Of a DNA stretch of 24,966 nt, positions 1-9,186 are shown piece by piece. The DNA is from a virus. The stretch lies in the IMG/VR virus record IMGVR_UViG_3300021279_000046; one strand, written 5' to 3'. Each line of letters begins with the position of its first letter. Positions within the stretch are counted from its first letter, which is position 1. The notes under the pieces are model-generated. The model had not been told where the DNA came from and did no database searches. It saw nothing but the letters and a program-made list of their open reading frames with translations. The translations under genes and the position numbers were made by a program.

Positions 1-122
1 ATTAAGTAATAAGTACTACCGATTAAAAAACTTATTATTAATATTCCAATTATTGTAAATTTGGTTTTTGGCAGGGTTTTGATGTATTTTGATAGTCCTG
101 CCACACTGCTCATACTTGACAT
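1..122 (-). CDS. 5' end of a membrane protein gene (possibly DUF2070-family host gene), truncated by the window edge
   Basis: Manual translation from ATG at 122 gives MSSMSSVAGLSKYIKTLPKTKFTIIGILIISFLIGSTYYL, open to position 1, with a clear hydrophobic TM stretch. Not in the ORF track. DUF2070 label is from recalled similarity only. Confidence 0.55.
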   Translation of the reverse strand, partial: MSSMSSVAGLSKYIKTLPKTKFTIIGILIISFLIGSTYYL

Positions 123-578
123 GTTTGTTTACCCGACACTTTTTGTTAAAATGCTCATATAAAAATTGGTCAAAACAAATATATTAAATTTGTCAAATAG
201 GAGTAAGTTTCCACCAATCAAGTAGAGCACATGATAAATTTAATATTTAATATTTTGGTCATGAGAGTATATTAAAGTAAGTATTGATTGCAGATTGTCG
301 GATGAATAAAGTTTAATATTTTTGGAAAGTGATTTTCTTTTCAGTTACATCAATCTCGAATTTATCACAAAGTTTTAAATATTTTAGAAATATTGGGGAT
401 TAATCGAAACAAACATGTTTCTATATGTTATATACTTGATTTGAAAATAAGAAATTTGCATCTATAATAAAATGTCCCGCATTAATTATAAATTTATCAA
501 CTGACATAACTTATTAATAACATATTATTAAAATAATTTTTTTAATTTAATAAGGTATATTCTATAGGTGATTTTGTC

Positions 579-1592
579 ATGAAAAATATGTGGATGGTTA
601 GAGCGGGAAAAGATGCTTTTCTTATAGATGAATTTGAAAAGAGAAATATTGTTGCCCTTGGTTGGGGTCTTGGTGACCTTGAAGATAAAAGTTCTGATGA
701 TATTAAAAGACTTATGCAGGAGACATATCCTGATGAGAGCAAATATAGCTTAGGCATTGCTTCTTCACAAGTAATCAAATTCAGACATATGATTAAAAAA
801 GGAGATTATGTTTTATCTTATAATCCATCCAGCCGTAAATATCTGGTTGGGGAGATAACTTCAGATTATTATTACAGTACTGATTTGGAAGATGAAGATA
901 TAGATTATATTGGAGGACACAATGATACTCGTGATGTTAAATGGTTAGGTGAAGTCTCCAGAGATAATCTATCAGTTTCAACTAAAAATACTTTAGGTGC
1001 AATATCTACATTATTCAATATTAATGATGAAGCTAGAAAAGATATTCTTGATGTTCTCAATAATAAAAAACCAGCAGCTGGAGAAGATGAGGAAGGAAGT
1101 GAACATGAGGATGTTTCTATTTTAAAAGAAGATATTAAAGATAAATCAATTGAATTCATTAAAGATAAAGTTAATAAATTGGATCCTTATGAAATGCAGG
1201 ATTTGGTTGCAGGCTTGCTCCGTGCAATGGGTTACAAGACTATTGTTTCACCAAGAGGTGCTGACCGTGGAAGAGATATTGTGGCTTCACCAGATGGTTT
1301 AGGTTTAGAAGATCCAGTCATTCTTGTTGAAGTAAAACATAGACCAAATACTTCAATGGGTTCACAAGCTATCAGAAGCTTTAAAGGAGCATTAAAGAAA
1401 ACCAACCGAGGAATATATGTATCAACTGGAGGATTTACCACTGATGCCAAATATGAAGCAGAAAGGTCAGAAATACCTATAATACTAATGGACTTGGATA
1501 GATTAGTTAAATTCGTCATACAATATTATGATAATTTTGACAATGATGCAAGAAGTCTGATTCCGCTAACAAAAATCTATTGGCCTTTATAA
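579..1592 (+). CDS. Restriction endonuclease with C-terminal Mrr-catalytic domain (COG4127-like, putative type IV)
   Basis: C-terminal LDPYEMQDLVAGLLRAMGY...GADRGRDI...VEVKHR...GIYVSTGGFT is the Mrr_cat PD-(D/E)xK pattern. N-terminal WMVRAG...VALGW...GDYVL domain is typical of COG4127. GGTGA RBS at 567-571. Confidence 0.85.
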   Translation: MKNMWMVRAGKDAFLIDEFEKRNIVALGWGLGDLEDKSSDDIKRLMQETYPDESKYSLGIASSQVIKFRHMIKKGDYVLSYNPSSRKYLVGEITSDYYYSTDLEDEDIDYIGGHNDTRDVKWLGEVSRDNLSVSTKNTLGAISTLFNINDEARKDILDVLNNKKPAAGEDEEGSEHEDVSILKEDIKDKSIEFIKDKVNKLDPYEMQDLVAGLLRAMGYKTIVSPRGADRGRDIVASPDGLGLEDPVILVEVKHRPNTSMGSQAIRSFKGALKKTNRGIYVSTGGFTTDAKYEAERSEIPIILMDLDRLVKFVIQYYDNFDNDARSLIPLTKIYWPL

Positions 1593-1637
1593 AAGTAATT
1601 GTAGTGATTAGATAATAATTATTGGGGAGTAATTAAT

Positions 1638-3176
1638 ATGAAAATTCCTGATGATAAATTGGAAGAATTAAAAAGACAAACTATTGTGGATAATTCTAGA
1701 TTGGAAGAATTAATAAAAGATATGGATGAAGGTTTTATAGGTCCTGGAAAACGGGAAGAGTTCCATGAATTACTTAAAAAATCACAACTGTTCATGCCTG
1801 TTGTCTTCGGTCAAAATATGCATGATGCACTTGAAAATAATCATCCTGGGGAAATATTTGTACCAGACGGTCAAGTTGGTTTTGATATAAATTATATTAA
1901 ATTACAAGGAAATGAAAGAGCAGTTCCTTTATTTACAAGTAATGAATTATTAGAAAGCACAGGGCTTCAAAGCTCAACTATCGCAATATTCATGAGTGAT
2001 TTAGTAAAAATGTTAAAAGACTCCGATAGGTATTCTTTAGTTGCCATTAATCCTTTTACTGACTTGCTTATTCAAATTCCTTTTAGTTCTTTTTTAGCTT
2101 TGTTTAATGAAATATCTGCTGAGCAAAAGGAAGCTATGGACAAACTCATACATCTTTTAAAAACTCAATCCATAGCAACTCCTCAAAATATCAAAGTTGT
2201 TTTTAGAGATAATGATAACTATATGAAAAAACAAGCTATTAATGGATTGTTTGCACCCAATATTCCATTTAAGGCAAGTTCTTTTCCTAATTTTCAAAAA
2301 GAACTAAAATATACAAACATAATTTTGATTCCTAAAAACAAAAAGATTTTGTATCTTGGAGGAATCGTAAGTAAAGATGTGTTTGATACAATTATTGCTC
2401 CTGAAACTGAGTTTGAACTTGTTGAAGAAATTGATGAGTTCACTACAGTTTGGAAAGTTGGAAAACAGCCATTCTATGATGAATTAGATAATAATTCAGA
2501 TAACAAGGATTTTAAATATTGGTTCGGCAAAGCAAATGATTTGATTAAAAATGGAAAACTTGAAGAATCAATTGAATGCTTAGATAATGCAATTGAATTA
2601 AATCCTGCCGAATCTCTTCTTTGGTATCTGAAAGGCAGAGTATTGATTGATTTAAATAGGTGTGATGAAGCTATTGAAATATTGGACAAAGCATTTGATT
2701 TAAATCCATTATATATTAGGTCAATATGTACTAAAGGAATGGCTTATGAAAAATTGGGAAAATATAATGAGGCAATGGCCTGTTATGATGAAGCAATGAT
2801 ATTGGAACCTAATGATGACTACGCTTACGCATTAAAAGGAACTTTATATTTAATACATTTAAAAGATTATGATAATGCTATTAAATATTTAAATCAGGCC
2901 AAAAGAATTGAACCTAAAAATTCAATGACCTGGAATAATTTAGGGGATGCTTATTTAAATATAGGTGAGTTCGAAAAAGGTTTGGATTGTTGTGATAAAG
3001 CACGTTCTCTTGATCCGAATAACTTCAGAGCATGGTTCACTACTGGTGAGATATATTATGAATTACAGGAATATGACAAAGCTATGGAATATGCTATGAA
3101 GGCAAGTGAAATAAATCCACTAGATTCAGATTTGCTGATTTTTATTGATAAAATAAAAGAAGCTAAAAGAGACTAA
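1638..3176 (+). CDS. SseB-family N-terminal domain + ADP-ribosyltransferase-like middle domain + about 6 TPR repeats
   Basis: SseB-like motifs LFMPV...VPLFTS...VAINPF (aa 45-150). TPRs from about aa 292 (W..KG..L..L....EA...D.A..LNP repeats). Middle segment has a VVFR / FKASS / IILIPKNKKILYL / IIAPETEFELV pattern. Confidence 0.75.
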   Translation: MKIPDDKLEELKRQTIVDNSRLEELIKDMDEGFIGPGKREEFHELLKKSQLFMPVVFGQNMHDALENNHPGEIFVPDGQVGFDINYIKLQGNERAVPLFTSNELLESTGLQSSTIAIFMSDLVKMLKDSDRYSLVAINPFTDLLIQIPFSSFLALFNEISAEQKEAMDKLIHLLKTQSIATPQNIKVVFRDNDNYMKKQAINGLFAPNIPFKASSFPNFQKELKYTNIILIPKNKKILYLGGIVSKDVFDTIIAPETEFELVEEIDEFTTVWKVGKQPFYDELDNNSDNKDFKYWFGKANDLIKNGKLEESIECLDNAIELNPAESLLWYLKGRVLIDLNRCDEAIEILDKAFDLNPLYIRSICTKGMAYEKLGKYNEAMACYDEAMILEPNDDYAYALKGTLYLIHLKDYDNAIKYLNQAKRIEPKNSMTWNNLGDAYLNIGEFEKGLDCCDKARSLDPNNFRAWFTTGEIYYELQEYDKAMEYAMKASEINPLDSDLLIFIDKIKEAKRD

Positions 3177-3216
3177 ATAACTAATCTTTAAACAATGTAT
3201 TTATTTTTTATTAGGG

Positions 3217-3250
3217 GGATTATTAATTAATCCTAACTATTTTTTTATTT
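3217..3250. terminator. Possible terminator between convergent genes
   Basis: GGATTA(3217-3222)/TAATCC(3228-3233) stem with T-tracts on both sides, between the stops at 3176 and 3297. Confidence 0.35.
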
Positions 3251-3296
3251 CTGTTTCTTTGAATATGCTTTATTTCATATTGTATGAAATAATAAC

Positions 3297-3599
3297 CTAT
3301 AATTTATATAAATCATAATTAGGCAATGCTTCTGGATGTTTTTTAGCATATCTCTTCCAGGCAGTTATTAATTCATCTGCTTCTTCATTGGTTAATATTC
3401 TTACGTATGGATTGTTGCCATCAATGTCTCGGGGTATAATCTGGTCTGTAAAACCTATATCCAAAAATTTCATTGCTAAATCTTTATCTTCAACAGCTAT
3501 GATGTCATTAATCTTATCTAAAAGCTCATTTTCAAATTTTGGAAAATTAGGGGGTAAATGATAAATCATATTATTAATTGAAAAGGAATATACTTTCAT
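3297..3599 (-). CDS. Hypothetical protein (100 aa)
   Basis: Clean ORF with AGTGA RBS-like sequence upstream on the minus strand. Fills the gap between the TPR gene and the portal-like gene. No recognisable motif. Confidence 0.65.
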   Translation of the reverse strand: MKVYSFSINNMIYHLPPNFPKFENELLDKINDIIAVEDKDLAMKFLDIGFTDQIIPRDIDGNNPYVRILTNEEADELITAWKRYAKKHPEALPNYDLYKL

Positions 3600-3719
3600 T
3601 TAATCACTTCTAATTTGTTAATGTCTTTAATAATTTCTTTATTGGTTAATTCTTTTAATACTTGCTAAATCAATTCTATATTTTCTCATACATTATATTG
3701 TTCCATTAATTTTATTACT

Positions 3720-3755
3720 TATTTTATATAAAAAATATAATAAATAATATAATAA
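3720..3755 (+). promoter_or_regulatory. Shared promoter box copy 1 (TATA box TTTATATA plus downstream AT motif)
   Basis: TTTTATATAAAA at 3722-3733. ATATAATAAATAATATAATAA at 3735-3755 is repeated exactly at 5106-5126. Confidence 0.6.
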
Positions 3756-3773
3756 TTATTGGAAATGATAATC

Positions 3774-5075
3774 ATGGGGATTACTGATTATATTAAAACT
3801 AGATTATTGAATAATCGTGTGGAACAATACAACACCAAGCGCAGCTATTGGGGAGAGAATGAACGGCAGCCTAGAACTGATGGAATAAATACTGGTCTTG
3901 ACTTGCCGGATGCACTTCCACCAGTAATTAATAAAACAATAGCTAATGCGCGATATGCCGTAAAGCTTGACGGTTATACTTCAGGAATTTTGAAAAACAG
4001 AATTGATAAAGCTAATGTTAATATGGTATTGGTGGACAAAGAAAACAAGCTTTCCCAAGAGCAGAAATTAACTTTAATTTTATGGGCAAGAAAAATTGAC
4101 ATCCGTCAAGTAGCTAAAGAAATTCTACAAGGGGGAATGGTTGACGGTGAAGGTTTAATCAAACCGGTTGAGAGATGGGACAAATCCATAGGTAAATACA
4201 TCAAACCAATATTTCTTGAAATCGGTGCACATGGATATGGTCTTAAAAAGGAATTCAATGATGACAATGAAGTTCAGCTATACTTGCATGAAATGCCTAA
4301 GGATGTTGTCAACGGATCTCCAGAAGATTTCAACAACTTCATTAGCGTTGAAGAGGGAACATTAACGGTCAAATACGAGCCCGAACAGATAATCAACTTC
4401 ATGTACAATGAAATCTACTCAGAAGCCCAAAGCATTATCTTAAATTGCTTGGATGACATTTACCACAAATGCAATCTGGAGCGAAATCAGGTTGAAAGAA
4501 TCAATAAGGACAATATTATTGAAGTCAAGCCATCGATTGATGAAAACGGTAGGCCATATATAATGGAACTGTCTTCAACAGCAAAGGAAAATTTATATGC
4601 TGATTATGGGACAACTGCTAACAGTAATGTGGCTATTGTGCCTCCGGGAATTGAATCTAAAATTTTAGGTGGTAACAACTACCAGTCAGACTACACAAGG
4701 CAGACTGAAATATTCAGAAACAATATATTAAGGACTTTTGTAACTCCTCAGTCTCAGGCAGGTAATGAAAGGTCAAATCAGAATGTTGCAGAATACATTA
4801 ACGATTCAGCCATTACAGGTTTTATTGTTAATGTGGCAAATGACCAGAAATGGGTTTTAAAATATTGCAATCAGCTATTGAAGATGCAGCTGGAACTGAT
4901 GGGTATTGATGAAACATTAAACATTTACTTCAGTTATTCAAGAGATGATGTGTTAAGATATATTATGGAATTGTCTTCTGAAGGTGATGAAATTTATAAG
5001 AATTATCTCAGTAACTTTGAAGAGGAACAGCCTGTTGGTGAGAGAATTTTATCTGAAAGTGGAAATGAAATATAA
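3774..5075 (+). CDS. Portal-like protein of tailed (head-tail) virus type
   Basis: About 433 aa from ATG 3774 (track starts at TTG 3759). Size, a helical N-terminus ending in ...EILQGGMVDGEGLI..., a clip-like VAIVPPGIESKIL and a helical C-terminus fit HK97-class portals. It directly precedes a protease/scaffold-like gene. Confidence 0.6.
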   Translation: MGITDYIKTRLLNNRVEQYNTKRSYWGENERQPRTDGINTGLDLPDALPPVINKTIANARYAVKLDGYTSGILKNRIDKANVNMVLVDKENKLSQEQKLTLILWARKIDIRQVAKEILQGGMVDGEGLIKPVERWDKSIGKYIKPIFLEIGAHGYGLKKEFNDDNEVQLYLHEMPKDVVNGSPEDFNNFISVEEGTLTVKYEPEQIINFMYNEIYSEAQSIILNCLDDIYHKCNLERNQVERINKDNIIEVKPSIDENGRPYIMELSSTAKENLYADYGTTANSNVAIVPPGIESKILGGNNYQSDYTRQTEIFRNNILRTFVTPQSQAGNERSNQNVAEYINDSAITGFIVNVANDQKWVLKYCNQLLKMQLELMGIDETLNIYFSYSRDDVLRYIMELSSEGDEIYKNYLSNFEEEQPVGERILSESGNEI

Positions 5076-5081
5076 TAAAGG

Positions 5082-5126
5082 TTTATATAAAATAAATAAT
5101 AAAATATATAATAAATAATATAATAA
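5082..5126 (+). promoter_or_regulatory. Shared promoter box copy 2
   Basis: 5082-5116 matches 9178-9212 at 34 of 35 positions and contains TTTATATA. Confidence 0.65.
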
Positions 5127-5135
5127 AGTGATAAT

Positions 5136-6125
5136 ATGAAACATGAACTTTTTGAAGTCGGATCATATGACTACTCCGACCTGGATGACAGACTTGTCAA
5201 ACCTGTGAAATGGACGGCTGAAGATCTAAAGCAAATAGCTGAAAACTACCGTGGCGGAATACCTTTAACCTCTGAGCATGATATGGTTTATATCGGCATT
5301 GGAAACAACATAGTTTTTGAAGAAGATAAGGGAAAGCTATTCATAGACCTTCCGGATGAACTGGACATGAAAGGAAAAGGCCTATCTCCAAAAGTTGATG
5401 TTTTACTGAAAGATAATGGAGATTCATTTGGAATTGATACTATGAGCTTAATAGATGTTGGCGTAACCAAAAATCCAAGAAAGATAACTTTGTTGAATTC
5501 TGAAATAACTGGTGATACTGGGGAAACCGGTGAAACAGGTGTGGCTGGTGAAACTGGAAATCCGCAACCTGCCCCTCAACCTCCGGAACCTCAAAACCAT
5601 GATGCTAATGTGGCTACTAATTTGTTGCTTGAAAAACTTCAGGGAAAAGATGCTGAAATCGGAAAATTGCAGGATGAAATTAATAGCTTAAAAAAAGAAT
5701 CTAAGAAATATGATAAGATTAAAAAGTCTATAGAAGAAAATAAGGAATTCATTGATAATAAAGAGGATATCTTAGAAGAATTATCTGAATTAAGAAAATC
5801 TGAAAATAAAAGAAAGATAAAAGAGTACGAAGCCAAGTACAACTTTAACTACAATGAAAACGCACAGGATAAGGAAATAATAGATAAGCTATTGTCTGGT
5901 GATGTTGATATGGAACTAATGGAAAAATTGGCTGAAAGAAGAATTAAAATTGAAGCCAGTAATGACATTTCAACTCCTGGTGGACGTAACCCTCAAAACT
6001 CTGGTGATATAAATGAAACTGGATCTACTGGCAGTACTGGAGATGAAAATGCTCCTTCATTTACAACTCGTGAGGAATATAATAAGATATTGAAAGATAT
6101 GGGATTCAATAGAACTAGAATTTAG
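5136..6125 (+). CDS. Prohead protease/scaffold-like protein
   Basis: N-terminal ELFEVGSY...WTAEDLKQIAENY...PLTSEH...GLSPKV...LIDVGVTKNPRK resembles Mu gpI-type capsid protease domains (candidate His in EH, Ser in GLSP). A Gly/Pro linker and a long charged coiled coil follow, as in scaffold domains. Confidence 0.65.
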   Translation: MKHELFEVGSYDYSDLDDRLVKPVKWTAEDLKQIAENYRGGIPLTSEHDMVYIGIGNNIVFEEDKGKLFIDLPDELDMKGKGLSPKVDVLLKDNGDSFGIDTMSLIDVGVTKNPRKITLLNSEITGDTGETGETGVAGETGNPQPAPQPPEPQNHDANVATNLLLEKLQGKDAEIGKLQDEINSLKKESKKYDKIKKSIEENKEFIDNKEDILEELSELRKSENKRKIKEYEAKYNFNYNENAQDKEIIDKLLSGDVDMELMEKLAERRIKIEASNDISTPGGRNPQNSGDINETGSTGSTGDENAPSFTTREEYNKILKDMGFNRTRI

Positions 6126-6255
6126 CTATGATGGTGTTTTATTGTTTTCACCGGAGCTAAATTTTGATATGTAGGAAACTCGTTATTCATAGTGGGGAAA
6201 GTGTTATGTGTTTTCACTTTTCCCTTAAATATCTTGCATTGAAACCCTTAATGCC

Positions 6256-6680
6256 TAATTAAGGGGGGACAAGCCCCCCTTTAATTACCCATGAGTGCCA
6301 ATGCAAATAAAATCAAGTTTACAAAACTTAACTCTCGAACCGACCGCTAAAGGGTCGGTTCTTAAATTTGACAAATTCATCTACTTCAAATCCATAAACT
6401 CGGAACAGGGGACAAGCCCCTGTTCCTCGGAATTTGATAAAGCTATTTTTGTTAGATATATAGTATTGGCCTTTCGCTATCGCTCAAGGCGTCCAGTCCT
6501 CGCTTATGCTCGGACGGAACATGGTGGCGGTTTATTATAATTTTTTATTTTGTTTGACTTGAAAAACTGGTCAATGAGTATCTGTTCTTACTTAAAGTAT
6601 ATGCTCGCCAATTCTATTCACCAGACTTCAACACACATCTCGCTTACGCTCGACGTGGTTTCGGTCTGGCGAATTGGCTC
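6256..6680. other. GC-rich hairpin array (non-coding structured element)
   Basis: Stems: GGGGGG-ACAAG-CCCCCC (6263-6279, extended by AT pairs); GAACCGACC/GGTCGGTTC (6337-6361); GGAACAGGGG-ACAAG-CCCCTGTTCC (6402-6426); GCCTT/AAGGC (6469-6490); GTCC/GGAC (6496-6515); long imperfect stem GCCAATTC/GAATTGGC plus CCAGAC/GTCTGG (6607-6678). Confidence 0.75.
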
Positions 6681-6799
6681 GCTTATAACATAAGTATGAA
6701 GATGAATTAATCAAAACTAATTTTTTATCATAGTCATTTTTTCAAAAGTAATTTTCAAATTACAATAGTGGATGTTAATGTAGAGAGATAGTTATTAAA

Positions 6800-7108
6800 A
6801 TGATAAAATTTAAATTCAAAAACATGAACTCAAAAGATGACATGGTTATCATATCTTTATTAGTACGTTCTGAAAATAGGATTAAGGTTTTGAAATCTTT
6901 AAAAAATGGGGATAAAATTCCATCAATAATTAGTAAAGAAATTGGAGATAATAGTAATCATATTTCTAAATATTTAAAGACATTAAAAGAAGTGGAGTTA
7001 GTAGAATGTCTTAATGAGGAAGATAAGAGATATCGATTTTACCATCTAACTGATAAAGGAAGATATTATCTTGATAAAGTAGAAAAAGAGTATAATGACT
7101 ATTTTTAA
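6800..7108 (+). CDS. Winged helix-turn-helix transcriptional regulator (ArsR/MarR-like)
   Basis: R.KVLKSL...KIPS.I......NHISK.L..LKE.ELVEC.N......R.Y.LTDKG pattern. 35/64 identical to the 16172 paralogue over the core. Start could be 6824. Confidence 0.85.
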   Translation: MIKFKFKNMNSKDDMVIISLLVRSENRIKVLKSLKNGDKIPSIISKEIGDNSNHISKYLKTLKEVELVECLNEEDKRYRFYHLTDKGRYYLDKVEKEYNDYF

Positions 7109-7186
7109 AATAATTTCTTCAGTATTGTCTAACCTTCAATAAGTCTATTTCTAAATACTATTTATTTTATTATTTTTTTTATTATA

Positions 7187-7215
7187 TATTTTATATAAAA
7201 AGGATAATAAAATAT
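7187..7215 (+). promoter_or_regulatory. Shared promoter box copy 3
   Basis: TTTATATAAAA-N3-ATAATAAAATAT at 7190-7215, preceded by a T-rich terminator-like tract (7161-7183). Confidence 0.6.
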
Positions 7216-7220
7216 TAATT

Positions 7221-8408
7221 ATGACATTGCAAGAAGAATTACAAATCAATATTGTAATGAGTAATTACAACCAAAGAAGCGGTAGCTATTCATCCAACTA
7301 TGATTATATCTTTTTGGATAATTTGGTGGATAGTTCTTATTCTAATCTTTTCAGAAATGATTTGAAAAATCTAAAAATCAAAACAAATGACAAAGTAGAA
7401 TGTAAGGTTTTATACATTCCATCTTATGGATCTCAAAAATCAGCTATTCTAGTAAGAGTTCCTGTTAGCAAAATTTCTCAAACTACAAAGCTATTGCTGG
7501 ACGTTTATGATACAGGAACAACCTTCAGCAGTACTTTATCAACTGGTAGTGATGTGTTAATGTTTGATGCAAATTCTGATACATACTCACAATTTTTCAT
7601 GAACTACTCAGGTTTAAGTATCAACAATGACTCAACAGATGGAGGTAAATTTCTAAGAGCCAGATTTGTTCCAAGTCTTGATGGAAGTTCTCCAACCAGT
7701 TTATTTACAACATTTGCTTCAGGTCAGAGTTTAACCAATAATCGTATCACCATAGCAAGATTCAAAAGAATAAAAGGTAATGTTAGTGTTAATGATAATG
7801 CAACATATCATGGTACAACAACTGGAAGTTACCTGCTGCAATTTGATTTTAATCTCACAACTTATCAGGAGGATATGCAATATACCAGCCTGAACTTCGG
7901 AGGCGAAAAATCATATTGCATGTTTAACGGAACAGAAACATTGGTTATGGCCAGTTCATTTGATTCTTATGCATCTGGAAGTGATGATGAAGGTGACTGG
8001 AAACAATACCATATACATGGCCGTGTAGGAACAGGCTCGTCAGATAATTCAGATTATCTGGAAGGATTCATGAGAAACAATCCGACAAAGATTTATGATG
8101 CCAATTATGCTGAAGTTGAGATTTCTCCGGAATGGTTTTCATCAACAGATTTTGAAGAATACAACTATGTTGACCTGAAATGGATGTTAATCTTTCCATC
8201 ACCACTCTTTGCAGCTAATGGAATACCTCAGGTAACTGTAACAAAAAGAGATAAAACAGGAATCAGATTATATAAAGGAAGTCATGAATACACAAAAGCC
8301 TACAGAGGCTCCACGTTAATGTGGGACGCTAATGATAGTGATATGGAGGATACTGGACTTCATATTCCTGATAAAATAATTAACAAGAATTGGGATTGGG
8401 TGTTTTAA
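7221..8408 (+). CDS. Putative virion/surface protein with DUF2341-like N-terminus
   Basis: FRNDLKNLKIKTND...AILVRVP...LLLDVY resembles the DUF2341 pattern. Ser/Thr/Gly/Tyr-rich beta-type body. C-terminal LYKG...AYRGSTLMWD resembles the Y.G...VW motif of phage fibre-associated proteins. Confidence 0.45.
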   Translation: MTLQEELQINIVMSNYNQRSGSYSSNYDYIFLDNLVDSSYSNLFRNDLKNLKIKTNDKVECKVLYIPSYGSQKSAILVRVPVSKISQTTKLLLDVYDTGTTFSSTLSTGSDVLMFDANSDTYSQFFMNYSGLSINNDSTDGGKFLRARFVPSLDGSSPTSLFTTFASGQSLTNNRITIARFKRIKGNVSVNDNATYHGTTTGSYLLQFDFNLTTYQEDMQYTSLNFGGEKSYCMFNGTETLVMASSFDSYASGSDDEGDWKQYHIHGRVGTGSSDNSDYLEGFMRNNPTKIYDANYAEVEISPEWFSSTDFEEYNYVDLKWMLIFPSPLFAANGIPQVTVTKRDKTGIRLYKGSHEYTKAYRGSTLMWDANDSDMEDTGLHIPDKIINKNWDWVF

Positions 8409-8409
8409 A

Positions 8410-9186
8410 ATGATAATTGATTATGATGACTCTTCAACTATAGGGCATGGCCGTGGATATCCAACAGGACTCGAACATGAAGAAAAGATGGATGTTATTG
8501 CATGTCTTTTAGATGAAGGTGAAAAAACATATGTTAATGAAGAACAAACTGCTTGGATTTCAGCTAATCAATGTAGAGTAGGTGAAATGGTAACATTGGA
8601 TGAATCGTCAACAATGGAACATACAATAGTCAGAAAAGCAAAGGAAGGTGATTTAGCATTTGGTTATCTTTTAGGTAAAATTCAGGTCAGGTCTTCAGGT
8701 TATACCTTAGTTACTGTGGCCGTATTAGGGGATGTTTTCAGATTGAAACTTAAAAGGCCAACTCCAAAAGATATTCTTCCAAATACTAGAATCTACATTG
8801 ACAAGGACGGTGAGTGCAATCCAGCTGAAGGCCATGACTTAAGACTATTGTCAATTGTTAACTTAACGGAAAATGATGATGTAGAATACATCAGAGTCTA
8901 TAGGCAAATGTCCGAAATCGAAATGTATCCTGAATCTCAGAATTGTATTGATCTTGCAGACTGCAGTTTTGAACAGGATGAAATAACTCATGTCGTTAAT
9001 ATGGTTGTACCAACGGAATCCAACATTATGGCACAGGCCAATTATGTTAAAGATGCTGACGGTGTTACCTATTGTGAACTTCCGGATGTAGCTATTGTCA
9101 ATAATGTCAGATTTGTGTGGGAAGACAACAAACTGTACATGGAGTGGGAAGGCTGTAATGAAGATGAAAAAGTATATTTTATATAA
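8410..9186 (+). CDS. Head-decoration (cement)-like protein with C-terminal extension, paralogue A
   Basis: Shares LLDEGEKTYV / QCRVGEMVTL / LGDVFRLKL with LLDDGVKTLV / KCMVDDILCI / LGGLYRLKL of the 10724 protein. Gly-rich short beta-strand pattern of beta-tulip decoration proteins. Confidence 0.5.
   Translation: MIIDYDDSSTIGHGRGYPTGLEHEEKMDVIACLLDEGEKTYVNEEQTAWISANQCRVGEMVTLDESSTMEHTIVRKAKEGDLAFGYLLGKIQVRSSGYTLVTVAVLGDVFRLKLKRPTPKDILPNTRIYIDKDGECNPAEGHDLRLLSIVNLTENDDVEYIRVYRQMSEIEMYPESQNCIDLADCSFEQDEITHVVNMVVPTESNIMAQANYVKDADGVTYCELPDVAIVNNVRFVWEDNKLYMEWEGCNEDEKVYFI

Noticed and set aside
69-103. TGGCAGG/CCTGCCA inverted repeat
   Set aside because: 7-bp stem with a long loop inside the probable minus-strand coding region; consistent with chance.
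6256-6287. Rolling-circle nick site (pMV158-type G-run/C-run hairpin)
   Set aside because: Loop is ACAAG, not TACTACG, and no Rep gene is present.
6295-6540. 81-aa ORF in the track
   Set aside because: Lies across the hairpin array, no RBS, atypical composition, and far too short to be a capsid protein. Probably a chance ORF in GC-richer DNA.
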